From contig JBBRTD010000003.1 of NCBI GenBank assembly GCA_038244685.1, forward strand, positions 3,944-67,943: a DNA stretch of 64,000 nt, in the 5' to 3' direction. The stretch comes from Minisyncoccia bacterium. GTDB lineage: Bacteria > Patescibacteriota > Minisyncoccia > Phycocordibacterales > UBA9973. Positions 1-9,973 of this stretch are shown piece after piece; positions within the stretch are counted from its first letter, which is position 1, and each line of letters starts with the position of its first letter. Below the pieces are notes generated by a model. That model did no database searches, had not been told where the DNA came from, and saw nothing but the letters and a program-made list of their open reading frames with translations. The position numbers were made by a program, and so were the translations under genes.

Positions 1-1
1 A

Positions 2-685
2 GATCCACTATTTTCAGATTTACTAAAAGACGACAAAGTTTTTGATGATATTTTTGATGAGTCAATAATTAAAATATTTAAACCAGGAATGGTGCTTGAG
101 GGTGGCTCAATTGATACAAATGGAAATGGAACTATTCTTACTACAGAACAGTGTCTTCTTAATCCAAATAGAAATAGAGAGCTTAACAAGGAGCAAATTG
201 AAATAAATTTAAAAAATTATTTGGGTTTAGATAATATAATTTGGCTTAAGGAAGGTATTGTGAACGATCACACAGATGGACATATAGATGAGATAGCTAG
301 ATTTGTTAGTTCTAGTGTAATTGTTTGCGCATATGAGGATGATAAAAAAGATCCAAATTATTCTATTCTCGATAATAATTTTAAAGTTTTAGAAAATGCA
401 TTAAATAAAGATGGCAGTAAATTTAATATTATTAAACTTCCTATGCCGCACATGGATTATGACAATGGAGAAAAGGCTCCCGTTTCATATACAAATTTTT
501 ATATAGGTAATTCTGTCGTTTTAATGTCTATATTTAATGATTCAAACGATAAAAAAGCTATGGATATAATTCAATCATTATTTCAAAATCATAAAGTAAT
601 TGGAATTGATTGTTCAAAAATAATTTATGGAGGAGGTGCTATTCATTGCATAACAATGCAAGAAATAGACGATGAATCAAATTAA
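2..685 (+). CDS. aguA: Agmatine deiminase / PAD-family amidinotransferase (5'-truncated by the window edge)
   Basis: Frame is open from base 2. Motifs LEGGSID, TDGHIDEIARF, SYTNFY and C-terminal GGGAIHCITMQ with the catalytic Cys. Confidence 0.88.
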   Translation, partial: DPLFSDLLKDDKVFDDIFDESIIKIFKPGMVLEGGSIDTNGNGTILTTEQCLLNPNRNRELNKEQIEINLKNYLGLDNIIWLKEGIVNDHTDGHIDEIARFVSSSVIVCAYEDDKKDPNYSILDNNFKVLENALNKDGSKFNIIKLPMPHMDYDNGEKAPVSYTNFYIGNSVVLMSIFNDSNDKKAMDIIQSLFQNHKVIGIDCSKIIYGGGAIHCITMQEIDDESN

Positions 686-741
686 ATAAAAGTAACTATA
701 TATTTTACAATTAATTATTTAGTGGTATTATTATTTTATAT

Positions 742-1797
742 ATGAAAAATATTTCAGAGGATAAGCCTATTTTTATTAAGAGTGATAAATTAGTGAAAGA
801 ATTCCTTAAAAAAAATCCACGTATTGTTTATGTGGATGCGTTTGATAGCCAGCTTGGAGAATTATTTTTTATTAAAAACCATAATTTCATCGGGGAGAAT
901 AAAATTAAAGTATACGAAGGAGAATCTTTTCTTAAGTTTGTTAAAAAATATGAAAAGAAGTATACGCATGTTTACTTTTCTTGGAACAATACCTTAGTTA
1001 AAACAATAACTAAAAATGATTATTTAGTTCTTAAAACAAACCGTAATCAGGATTTAATAACCAAAGAAGAACAGGAAAAATTATCCAACTTAAAAATTGG
1101 AGTTTTTGGTATGAGCGTTGGAAGTAATATTGCCATTGTTCTTACCCAGGCTGGAATATCAAACACAATTACAATCGCTGACTTTGATAATCTAGAGACA
1201 ACAAATTTAAATAGAATACTTGGTGGAGTTCATCAGATCGGGCTTAACAAAACCATTGTCGCTTCTCGTCGTATTTATGAGGACAATCCTTTTGCTAAGG
1301 TTAATTTAATGTCAAAGGGCGTTAATGCTAAAAATCTTGAGATATTGTTCAAAAATAAAAAATTAGACTATATAATAGAGGAAATTGATGACTTTTTAAT
1401 GAAAATAGAAATCCGTGTTCTAGCAAGGAAATATAAAATACCCGTGATAATGATTACAGATAATGGAGATGGTATTGTATTGCATATAGAACGTTATGAT
1501 TTAGGTTATAATAAAATTTTTGATAAAGATTTATCTTACTGGCAAGAGTTAAAAGATAAGAAGTTAAATCGTTCAGATATGGGTCAGATCATAATGAATG
1601 ATATCGTTGGAGGAATAGATAAGGTTGATCCTAAAATGTTTTCTTCTGTTAAAAGAGTAATCAATAAAGAACTTGTATCGTGGCCACAGTTAGGAAGTGC
1701 AGCAATTCTAGGTGGAGTTGTCGCTACGTATGCGGTTAAAGAAATTCTTAATAGTTCAAAATTATACATAAGTAAAAATTTTAACCTTTCTATATGA
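742..1797 (+). CDS. ThiF/E1-like adenylyltransferase, resembling the N-terminal half of Rv1355c-type ThiF-nitroreductase proteins
   Basis: RNQDLITKEEQEKL, IGVFGMSVG nucleotide-binding loop, IADFDNLETTNLNR, EEIDD, VSWPQLG. Confidence 0.85.
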   Translation: MKNISEDKPIFIKSDKLVKEFLKKNPRIVYVDAFDSQLGELFFIKNHNFIGENKIKVYEGESFLKFVKKYEKKYTHVYFSWNNTLVKTITKNDYLVLKTNRNQDLITKEEQEKLSNLKIGVFGMSVGSNIAIVLTQAGISNTITIADFDNLETTNLNRILGGVHQIGLNKTIVASRRIYEDNPFAKVNLMSKGVNAKNLEILFKNKKLDYIIEEIDDFLMKIEIRVLARKYKIPVIMITDNGDGIVLHIERYDLGYNKIFDKDLSYWQELKDKKLNRSDMGQIIMNDIVGGIDKVDPKMFSSVKRVINKELVSWPQLGSAAILGGVVATYAVKEILNSSKLYISKNFNLSI

Positions 1798-2876
1798 AAA
1801 AACAAAAGATAAGTATTAAATTAGATAAAAAAATATTTAATTTAATGCCTGAATTCGACAATCATTTACTTGTCTTTCATCTTCAGGATGATGAATCTAA
1901 ACTAGATAGTTATGTTGCTATACATAGAATAAACGGCTCACTGCCTTCTTTTGGTGCTACAAGACTTCTAGATTATTCTTCAAACGAGGAAGCGATTAGA
2001 GATGCATTAAAATTATCTAAATTAATGTCATACAAAAGTGCCATGGCGGGTCTTCCTTATGGTGGTGCCAAGGCTGTAATTATTAGACCAAAGGGTGATT
2101 TTTCTAGAGAAAAATTACTCGAATCATATGCAAGAGGTTTAAATGAATTAAAAGGTAAGTTTATTACAGGTACAGATGTAGGTTTAACTGTTTCAGATTT
2201 GGTTCATATGAAGCAATATACAAAATATTTGGTTGGGTATTTAGCTAATCCAGAGAAGGCGACAGCCTTAGGAATTTCCAAATCATTAGATATAGCCCTA
2301 GACTATGTATATAAAGATACTGAATATTCTAGACATTCATTTTCAATACAAGGAGTAGGGAAAGTCGGATTTGAACTTCTTAAAATTCTTATTGATGGAG
2401 GAGCAAGAGATATTTATGTTGCAGATATTGATAAAAAGAAAATTAAAGAAATAGTTAAAGAATATCCTTTTATTAAGGTGGTAAATACTAATATAATTCA
2501 TAAGCAAGAAGTAGATGTCTATTGTCCTTGTGCTCTCTCTGGTGCATTAAATACTAAGACAATTAAAGAATTGAAATGCAAGATAGTGGTTGGGTCAGCT
2601 AATAATCAGCTAGAGTGCGCTTCTTCTTGTGAAGATTTGCACAAAAGAGGTATTGTCTATTGTCCAGACTATATAGCAAATTCTGGAGGATTAATTTCGA
2701 TTATTAATGAGTATAGATATGGTAAATTAAAAAATATTCAATTAACTAAAAATATTAAAAATATTGCAATTATTCTAAAAAAAGTTTTATTGGAAAGTAA
2801 AAAGAAAATGGTATCTCCGTTTGTAATATCTGAGAGCATGGGGTTGTCTATTATTAAGAAGAATTCTTCGAAATAA
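1794..2876 (+). CDS. Glu/Leu/Phe/Val dehydrogenase (leucine/phenylalanine dehydrogenase type)
   Basis: LSKLMSYKSA, GGAKAVI, TGTDVG, QGVGKVG Rossmann motif, PCALSG, GSANNQL, PDYIANSGG. ATGA overlap with the upstream gene. Confidence 0.9.
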   Translation: MKKQKISIKLDKKIFNLMPEFDNHLLVFHLQDDESKLDSYVAIHRINGSLPSFGATRLLDYSSNEEAIRDALKLSKLMSYKSAMAGLPYGGAKAVIIRPKGDFSREKLLESYARGLNELKGKFITGTDVGLTVSDLVHMKQYTKYLVGYLANPEKATALGISKSLDIALDYVYKDTEYSRHSFSIQGVGKVGFELLKILIDGGARDIYVADIDKKKIKEIVKEYPFIKVVNTNIIHKQEVDVYCPCALSGALNTKTIKELKCKIVVGSANNQLECASSCEDLHKRGIVYCPDYIANSGGLISIINEYRYGKLKNIQLTKNIKNIAIILKKVLLESKKKMVSPFVISESMGLSIIKKNSSK

Positions 2877-2881
2877 AAATT

Positions 2882-4408
2882 ATGAATCCATACATACAAA
2901 AGGAACTTAAAGATAGAAACATTTTTTTAAATGAACTTTGTAGTAATGATTCATCTCATTGGGAAAAAAGAGGCGAAAATATGGCATTTAAATTGTTTAA
3001 GGAAATGTCAAAAAGGGTACCTGCTTATAAAAAATTTCTTAAAGAAAATAAAATAAATCCTGATAATATAAAAAGTTTTAAAGATACTTTGATTATTCCT
3101 TCAATTGATAAAGAAAATTATTTAAGAAAATATGAACTAAGAGAAATGTGCTGGGATGGTATTTTTGATAAAAATTCGTGGGTAATATCCTCAACATCTG
3201 GATCAACCGGCGAGCCTTTTTACTTTCCTAGGAATGATGAGCAGGATTTGCTTTATTCGCTTACCGCCGAACTATATCTTATTACAAATTTTAATATAAA
3301 TAAAAAATCAACACTATATATAGATGCTTTTCCAATGGGGCCATGGATAGGTGGACTTTTCACTTATCAGGCTGTTAAACACATAGCCCAAAGAGGAAAA
3401 TATAATATAAGTATCATTACAACAAGTATTGATAAAAACGAGATAATAAAAGCAGTTAAGAAATTTGGTAAAATGTTTGACCAAATAATAATTGGAAGCT
3501 ATGGCCCTTTTTTAAAGGATACACTTGAGGATGGTATAAACCAAAATGTTAATTGGAAGGATTATGATATTAAGTTTATTTTCTCAGCAGAAGGTTTTTC
3601 TGAAAAATTTAGGGATTATGTATTAGAAACAACTGGACATCCTGGCTGTTTTGAAAGAACTTTGAATCATTATGGGACGGTAGATTTAGGGACTATGGCC
3701 TACGAGACTCCACTCGCTATTAAAATTCGTCGTACTTTGTTGGAAAATGCTGATGCATACCAAGATATATTTGGTTTAAATAAAAAAATTCCAACATTAT
3801 GCCAGTACATACCAGAACATTTTTATTTTCATAAATCGAACAATGGTAGCGGCCTCTTATGCTCTTCTTTTAGTGGTTTACCTCTTTTTAAGTATGATCT
3901 CAAGGATAATGGTGGAATTATTCAGTATGATGAAGCAATAAAACTTTTAGATAAAAATAAATTAGACTCAAAAATGATATTAAAAGATGCTCATATTCCA
4001 AAAAAGTCTATTTGGAAATTACCCTTTGTTTATATATTTGAAAGAAATGATTTCTCTGTCAGTTTTTATGCTTTTCAGATATATCCAGATACCATAAGAA
4101 AAGCTATTCAAATAGATGAAATGGAACATAAAATAACCGGTAAGTTTACAATGCAAGTTGATTATGATAATAAGAATAATCAAAAATTATTAATACACAT
4201 TGAATTATCTGCCAATGAGCCATCATCAGATATATTAAAAAACATATTAATTAAATTAATAACGAAGTTACTTGTTTTAGAAAACTCAGAATATGCTAAG
4301 ACATACAAAGAAAAAGGTGATCTTATTCATCCTGAAATTATATTTCACAGATATGAAGACGCTCAGTATTTTAAGGCGGGTATAAAACAAAAATGGGTAA
4401 AAAAATAA
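2882..4408 (+). CDS. Phenylacetate-CoA ligase (PaaK)-like ANL-superfamily adenylating enzyme
   Basis: RVPAYKKFL, P-loop STSGSTGEP, YGTVDLG, PLFKYDLKD. Confidence 0.8.
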   Translation: MNPYIQKELKDRNIFLNELCSNDSSHWEKRGENMAFKLFKEMSKRVPAYKKFLKENKINPDNIKSFKDTLIIPSIDKENYLRKYELREMCWDGIFDKNSWVISSTSGSTGEPFYFPRNDEQDLLYSLTAELYLITNFNINKKSTLYIDAFPMGPWIGGLFTYQAVKHIAQRGKYNISIITTSIDKNEIIKAVKKFGKMFDQIIIGSYGPFLKDTLEDGINQNVNWKDYDIKFIFSAEGFSEKFRDYVLETTGHPGCFERTLNHYGTVDLGTMAYETPLAIKIRRTLLENADAYQDIFGLNKKIPTLCQYIPEHFYFHKSNNGSGLLCSSFSGLPLFKYDLKDNGGIIQYDEAIKLLDKNKLDSKMILKDAHIPKKSIWKLPFVYIFERNDFSVSFYAFQIYPDTIRKAIQIDEMEHKITGKFTMQVDYDNKNNQKLLIHIELSANEPSSDILKNILIKLITKLLVLENSEYAKTYKEKGDLIHPEIIFHRYEDAQYFKAGIKQKWVKK

Positions 4409-4411
4409 ATT

Positions 4412-5485
4412 ATGAACATTGATTTAATAAAAAAAATAATAGAATATGGAGTGCAAGCTCCTTCTGGGGATAATTCTCAACCTTGGAAATTTGTAATTAC
4501 TGATAGAAATGAAATTATGCTTTACAATTTATCCGACAAAGATAATCCTATTTTAAATGTACACGAAGGAGGTTCTTTGATATCACATGGAGCTGTAATT
4601 CAAAATATTAAAATCGCTGCTGATAACTTTGGTTACAAAACTATTGTTTCTTACCTGCCAAATATTTTAGATAAAGACCTAATTGCTATTATTTCTTTTT
4701 TGGATAATAAAGAAAAAAATAAAGCATATGAATTGAGTTTATTTAACTCTATACATAGACGTTGTACAAATAGGAATCATTATGAAAAAGATTTAGATAT
4801 TAATGCCATAACCGAGTTACAAAAAACAGTCGAATCTTTTAATTTTAAGGTTATTATATTTGATAATCAAAAAGATAAAGATTTAGTCTCTTCTTGTATT
4901 TGCATGAGCGAAGAAATTATTCTTCAAACAAAAGAGTTGCATGAATTACTTTTTGCTGATGTTGCTTGGACCAAAAAAGAGGAATCAATAAAACGACATG
5001 GATTATTTGTTAAAACTTTAGAATTTAATCCTGTGCAACTCTTTGTTTTTTGGTTGTGCCGTAAGTGGAAGAATATATCTTTTTTAAATCAAAAAATAGG
5101 ATTTGCTCATATTGTAGGTAATCAAAACGCCGATATTTATAGATCAAGCGGCATACTCGGGCTGATAATTATTCCTAGTACTGAAAGGATAAATTATCTT
5201 AGGGCAGGGGAATTATTACAGCAAATATGGCTTAAATCAACTCAATTAAACTTAAGTTTTCAGCCTATTACAGGTCTATTTTTCCTAAATGAAAGAATTA
5301 AAGTATTTGGGGATAGTCCTATCTCTAAAGAAAATAGCAAAAAAATATCCGACGCATATAATACTTTAAAGAATTTAAGCGCGATAAATGATAGTGATAT
5401 CATTTTAACTTCATTTAGAATAGGAAAATCCAAAGAATCTAGTGGTAGGTCTTCTAGACTTAAGCCTAATATTATATTAAATTAA
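4412..5485 (+). CDS. Nitroreductase-fold FMN oxidoreductase (Acg/Rv1355c C-terminal type)
   Basis: APSGDNSQPWKF, RRCTNR, GELLQQIWLKSTQLNLSFQPIT, FRIG...SSR. Confidence 0.82.
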   Translation: MNIDLIKKIIEYGVQAPSGDNSQPWKFVITDRNEIMLYNLSDKDNPILNVHEGGSLISHGAVIQNIKIAADNFGYKTIVSYLPNILDKDLIAIISFLDNKEKNKAYELSLFNSIHRRCTNRNHYEKDLDINAITELQKTVESFNFKVIIFDNQKDKDLVSSCICMSEEIILQTKELHELLFADVAWTKKEESIKRHGLFVKTLEFNPVQLFVFWLCRKWKNISFLNQKIGFAHIVGNQNADIYRSSGILGLIIIPSTERINYLRAGELLQQIWLKSTQLNLSFQPITGLFFLNERIKVFGDSPISKENSKKISDAYNTLKNLSAINDSDIILTSFRIGKSKESSGRSSRLKPNIILN

Positions 5486-5489
5486 TTAA

Positions 5490-7133
5490 ATGATTAATTT
5501 CGATATCAAACTAATTGCTGTAGGTTTATCAATACTAGCAAGCATTATCATATCTTTTATTGTTTTATTAAATAATAAAAATTCCGATACAAATAAAACC
5601 TTTTTTGCATTTACATTAGCAACTATATTTTGGGGTATTATTAATTATTTAAATTCACAAATAAACTTTCCAAATGAGAAAATTGCATTGTTATTTCTGC
5701 GCTTAAATTTATTCTTCGGCCTATGGCAGTCCTTTTTCCTTTATAGATTTTTTGTTATTTTTCCAAAAATTAAAGTAGAGAAAAAATGGTGGAATTCATT
5801 TGTAGTTTTACCTCTTATGTTTTTTACTTCTATACTTATTTTTACTCCACTTGTATTTTCAAAAGTTATTAGTTTTTCTACTGATGGGCACATAATAAGT
5901 GTTTCGAATGGACCTAGTATTCTTATTTTTGGAATATTAGCAACTGGATTGGTAATTGCTGGGATAATTATTATTTTCAATAAATTTGTTAAATATACTG
6001 GAGATGAAAAAATTCAAACTAGGCTTATTTTGAATGGTTCATTTTTGATGTTTTTGCTTATAATAATATTTAATTTCATACTACCAACATTCTTTGATAA
6101 TTCTACTTATGTTTCGGTTGCTGCAGTGTTTGCAATACCGTTTCTTATCTTAACAGGCTATTCAATTTTAAAGTATCACTTATTCAGTGTTAAGATTATT
6201 GCGACTGAGCTAATTACATTCATATTATGGATCTTTATATTTATAAGAGCATTAATGGCTAATTCTTTACAAGAGAAAGTTGTTAATGGTATTTTATTTG
6301 TTATTGTTGTAATCGTTGGTTTATTGCTTATTAAAAGCGTTCGCAAGGAAGTTGAACAACGTGAAAGGTTAGAAGTCCTTAGGTTAAAACTAGAGGAAAC
6401 TAATACAAGTTTAGAAAATGCCAATGTGAAGTTGAAAAGTTTGGATAAGCTTAAGACAGAGTTCGTTTCTCTTGCGTCACATCAACTACGTAGCCCTTTA
6501 ACTGCTATTAAAGGCTATGCTTCGATGCTGTCTGAAGGAGATTACGGTGAGGTTAGTAAGGAAGCTAAGGATGCTGTTATGCGTATTTATCAATCATCAA
6601 TAAATCTAACTACAGTTGTTGAAGATTTGTTAAATGTAACCAAAATAGAATCTGGTGGCATGCAGTATACCATGGCTTCTTTCGACTTATCAAAAGTTGC
6701 AGAGGATGAGGCAAAAGATTTATCTATTACAGCAGAGAAAAGAGGATTAAAACTCAATTATAATTCTGATGGTGAGAATCTATGTATGGTAAACGGCGAT
6801 AAGGAAAAAATAAGACAAGTTATTATTAATTTTATAGATAATTCAATTAAATATACAAAAGAAGGAAGTATTGATGTCTCTGTTAAAAATAACAATAATA
6901 AAGTTATTTTTTGTGTTAAGGATACAGGTATGGGTATGACACAAGAAATAAAAGAAGGTCTATTCCATAAATTTGCTCGCGGTGACGGAGCTCGTATGAA
7001 TACTACAGGCTCAGGGCTTGGCTTATATTTAGCCAAAGAGATTGCACTGGCGCATAAAGGGCGTGTCTGGGTGGAATCTGAAGGAATAGGGAAAGGTTCA
7101 TCTTTCTATTTAGAATTAGATACCGTTAAATAA
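5490..7133 (+). CDS. Sensor histidine kinase with a multi-TM (HisKA_7TM-like) N-terminal domain
   Basis: About 280 hydrophobic N-terminal residues, H-box ASHQLRSPL, N-box NFIDNSIKYT, DTGMGM, GSGLGL. Confidence 0.92.
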   Translation: MINFDIKLIAVGLSILASIIISFIVLLNNKNSDTNKTFFAFTLATIFWGIINYLNSQINFPNEKIALLFLRLNLFFGLWQSFFLYRFFVIFPKIKVEKKWWNSFVVLPLMFFTSILIFTPLVFSKVISFSTDGHIISVSNGPSILIFGILATGLVIAGIIIIFNKFVKYTGDEKIQTRLILNGSFLMFLLIIIFNFILPTFFDNSTYVSVAAVFAIPFLILTGYSILKYHLFSVKIIATELITFILWIFIFIRALMANSLQEKVVNGILFVIVVIVGLLLIKSVRKEVEQRERLEVLRLKLEETNTSLENANVKLKSLDKLKTEFVSLASHQLRSPLTAIKGYASMLSEGDYGEVSKEAKDAVMRIYQSSINLTTVVEDLLNVTKIESGGMQYTMASFDLSKVAEDEAKDLSITAEKRGLKLNYNSDGENLCMVNGDKEKIRQVIINFIDNSIKYTKEGSIDVSVKNNNNKVIFCVKDTGMGMTQEIKEGLFHKFARGDGARMNTTGSGLGLYLAKEIALAHKGRVWVESEGIGKGSSFYLELDTVK

Positions 7134-7140
7134 TAGTAAT

Positions 7141-7179
7141 AAATTAAAAACACTATATTATATATAGTGTTTTTAATTT
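7141..7179. terminator. Bidirectional intrinsic terminator between the kinase and cysS
   Basis: Perfect 18-bp inverted repeat aaattaaaaacactatat / atatagtgtttttaattt between convergent genes. Confidence 0.7.
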
Positions 7180-7180
7180 A

Positions 7181-8563
7181 TTAAATTTTTGAAATTTCAC
7201 TAACGCCATCCATATCTTTTATTTCGAAACCTAAAGATTTAATTTGATGTCTTAATTCATCGCTTTTTGCCCAGTCTTTATTACTTCTCGCAATTGTCCT
7301 TTCTTGGACTAATTTTTTTATGTCTTCTGGTATTATGTTATCACTTTTTGCTCCTAAATTTAAACCAAGAACTTTGTCAAAATCAAGAATTGTTGCAAGT
7401 TTATCTTCGTTTGATATTCCATATTTAAAAACTTCTGCGACAGTAGATAGTGCTTTAGGCATATTTAAATCATCGTTGATATTTGAAATGAATCTTTCTT
7501 TAAGTTCAGCATTAACGGAGCCTATTTTTTCTCCTAATATTTTAATTTTATGAATTAAATTATTGTAACCATTAATTGCAGAAGTTAATACGTCATTATT
7601 CCATTCCATTTGCTTTCTGTAATGAACTCCGAAGGTTGCAAAACGATAAACCAAAGGATTAATATCTTTATCAATGAATTCACTTTTGATAGTTAAGAAA
7701 TTTCCAGTACTTTTCGCCATCTTTTCGCCATCTTTTAAGTTTAAAAATTCTCCATGTACCCAATAATTAACCCAAGGTTTTACTCCAGTAGCTGCTTCTG
7801 TTTGAGCAAGTTCATTTGTGTGATGTAAATCGATAAAATCAACACCTCCACAATGGATATCAAAATGAGTTCCAAGATATTTGACGCTCATGGCAGAACA
7901 CTCAATATGCCACCCAGGAAACCCTACACCCCAAGGGCTCTCCCATTCCATTTGTCTTTTTATGTTCTTTGGAGAAAATTTCCATAATGCGAAATCTGTA
8001 GCATTTTTTTTCTCGTCATTAATTTCAACTCTTGAACCTTCCTTAAGTGCTGATAAATTTTGATGTGAAAGTTTTGTATAGTCTGCTACTTTTGATGTAT
8101 CAAAATATATTCCATCGCTTGTGATATAAGTAAAACCTTTTTCTTCAAGTTGCATAATCATCTCTATCTGTTCATTAATGTTATCAGTTGCCTTGCAGAA
8201 TGTATTCGGAAAGATAATATTAAGATTCTTTAAATCCTCTTTAAATTTTATTGTATAGAATTCGGCAATTTCAAAAGCTGTCTTATTTTCTTTTTTTGAT
8301 TCTTTTTCAATTTTATCCTCGCCCATATCTCGATCTCCAGTTAAATGGCCTACATCTGTAATATTCATAATGTGATTAACAAGATAATTATTATAGCTTA
8401 AGACACGCTTTAGAATATCTTCAAATATATATGTGCGCATATTTCCTATATGGGCATAATTATAGACGGTTGGGCCACAGGTATATAAGCCTACATTGCT
8501 TTCTATGATAGGCTTGAATTCTTCTTTTTCCTTATTTAATGAATTATATATTTTTAGAGCCAT
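7181..8563 (-). CDS. cysS: Cysteine--tRNA ligase
   Basis: CGPTVY, HIGN, GWHIECSAM, KMAKS. Confidence 0.97.
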   Translation of the reverse strand: MALKIYNSLNKEKEEFKPIIESNVGLYTCGPTVYNYAHIGNMRTYIFEDILKRVLSYNNYLVNHIMNITDVGHLTGDRDMGEDKIEKESKKENKTAFEIAEFYTIKFKEDLKNLNIIFPNTFCKATDNINEQIEMIMQLEEKGFTYITSDGIYFDTSKVADYTKLSHQNLSALKEGSRVEINDEKKNATDFALWKFSPKNIKRQMEWESPWGVGFPGWHIECSAMSVKYLGTHFDIHCGGVDFIDLHHTNELAQTEAATGVKPWVNYWVHGEFLNLKDGEKMAKSTGNFLTIKSEFIDKDINPLVYRFATFGVHYRKQMEWNNDVLTSAINGYNNLIHKIKILGEKIGSVNAELKERFISNINDDLNMPKALSTVAEVFKYGISNEDKLATILDFDKVLGLNLGAKSDNIIPEDIKKLVQERTIARSNKDWAKSDELRHQIKSLGFEIKDMDGVSEISKI

Positions 8564-9465
8564 TTTTTTCTTTTAATATAAATAAACGCTAGTAAACTTG
8601 CCGCAAGCATTAAAACTAAGACTAGAGAGTAAGATTGAGTACTTTGCGACTGTAAAAACTTACTATTAATAACAAATATGTCTGAAATAATAGTTATAGG
8701 AGAAATAAGGAAGGTAATGATAGTTAATATCTTCATTGTTTCTTTTGTTTTATTTGCTAGGATTGAGTCGTTTGTGTCACGTAAATCATCTAGTATTTCT
8801 TTATGGCTATCAAGTGTCGATTGTGTTTTATTGTATTCACTGATAATTGCTGAAATATAATAACCAAATTTATCGCCAAAAAAATTCTTAGCGGCTAATT
8901 CAAATGAATTTAATACTTCCTTATGAAATCTAATTGCCTGACGAAAATCAAGTAGTGTTCTATTTATATTTGATAAGGAAGCAACCATTTTACCTTCCGA
9001 TCCTTCAAATATTTTATTCTCAACATCCTTCAAAAGAACGTTGACACCATTCAACTGATACCTAGTGTGAACGTATAAAGATTTTATTAGATGAAAAAAT
9101 AGAAAACCAGCATGATCGACATCCATTCTTTTTTCAAGAATTGCATCTACTTCAAAAGTTTTAGAAAATTCATGCAGAGAGTCAATCGGTTCATAGTGAG
9201 TTGTAATAATAAAATTATTACTAACTATAAAGTCTATTTCTTTTTCAATGCTTTTATTTCCATTGTGCGATATCTCTGGGAAATGGAGTATAAGATATAT
9301 AAAATTTGGATACAAATCAACTTTTGATTGGAAACTTACATTTTTCATTTCTTCTCCTACTATTGGTGGAATTGAATATCCTTCCATTATGTGGGTTAGT
9401 TCATCGGCGGTTGGGGATTCTAAATCTATCCAAGTTAACCCTTTGTATGTGTATTTTGAAATCAT
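8554..9465 (-). CDS. corA: CorA-family Mg2+/Co2+ transporter (divergent)
   Basis: WIDLESPT, LILHFP, NKTKETMKILTI and two C-terminal TM helices. The canonical GMN motif reads VIN here. Confidence 0.75.
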   Translation of the reverse strand: MISKYTYKGLTWIDLESPTADELTHIMEGYSIPPIVGEEMKNVSFQSKVDLYPNFIYLILHFPEISHNGNKSIEKEIDFIVSNNFIITTHYEPIDSLHEFSKTFEVDAILEKRMDVDHAGFLFFHLIKSLYVHTRYQLNGVNVLLKDVENKIFEGSEGKMVASLSNINRTLLDFRQAIRFHKEVLNSFELAAKNFFGDKFGYYISAIISEYNKTQSTLDSHKEILDDLRDTNDSILANKTKETMKILTIITFLISPITIISDIFVINSKFLQSQSTQSYSLVLVLMLAASLLAFIYIKRKKWL

Positions 9466-9570
9466 ATTCTTCTAGTATACAGTTCCGCTTGCTTTTTTCA
9501 AAACTTTTGTGTATTATAATACCTGTGGAAAACCTATGTATTTAGGTGTTCCTATATAATATATAAATAT

Positions 9571-9933
9571 ATGGCTATAGCAAAAAAAACAACAAAAGAT
9601 TTAAAGGAAGAGAACAAAGAATTCGCAGTAATTTTCACAGGTGGAAAGCAATACAAAGTCGCAGTTGGTGATGTTCTTAAGGTTGAAAAACTAGATGGAG
9701 ATTTCACAGCTGGAGATAAAATAATCTTTGATAAAGTTTTATTGGTAGACAACGGTGTAGATACTACAATTGGTACACCTTACATAGTAGGAGCTAAGGT
9801 AGAGTCATTATTCCAGAAATTAGGTAAACATAAAACAGTCACTGTAGTAAAATATAAACAAAAGAGCCGATATTTGAAGAAGAACGGACATAGACAGCCT
9901 TATGTCGAAGTTAAAATTTCAGCAATTAAATAA
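9571..9933 (+). CDS. rplU: 50S ribosomal protein L21
   Basis: FAVIFTGGKQYKV, GTPYI, GHRQPY. Confidence 0.96.
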   Translation: MAIAKKTTKDLKEENKEFAVIFTGGKQYKVAVGDVLKVEKLDGDFTAGDKIIFDKVLLVDNGVDTTIGTPYIVGAKVESLFQKLGKHKTVTVVKYKQKSRYLKKNGHRQPYVEVKISAIK

Positions 9934-9940
9934 ATCTTAA

Positions 9941-9972
9941 AAAATAAAACTCACGCAAGTGAGTTTTATTTT
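9941..9972. terminator. Bidirectional terminator between rplU and recR
   Basis: aaaataaaactcac-gcaa-gtgagttttatttt hairpin. Confidence 0.8.
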
Positions 9973-9973
9973 T

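Noticed and set aside
742-5485. RiPP (TOMM/microcin C-like) cluster
   Set aside because: No precursor peptide ORF, YcaO, peptidase or exporter in or beside the tightly packed operon.
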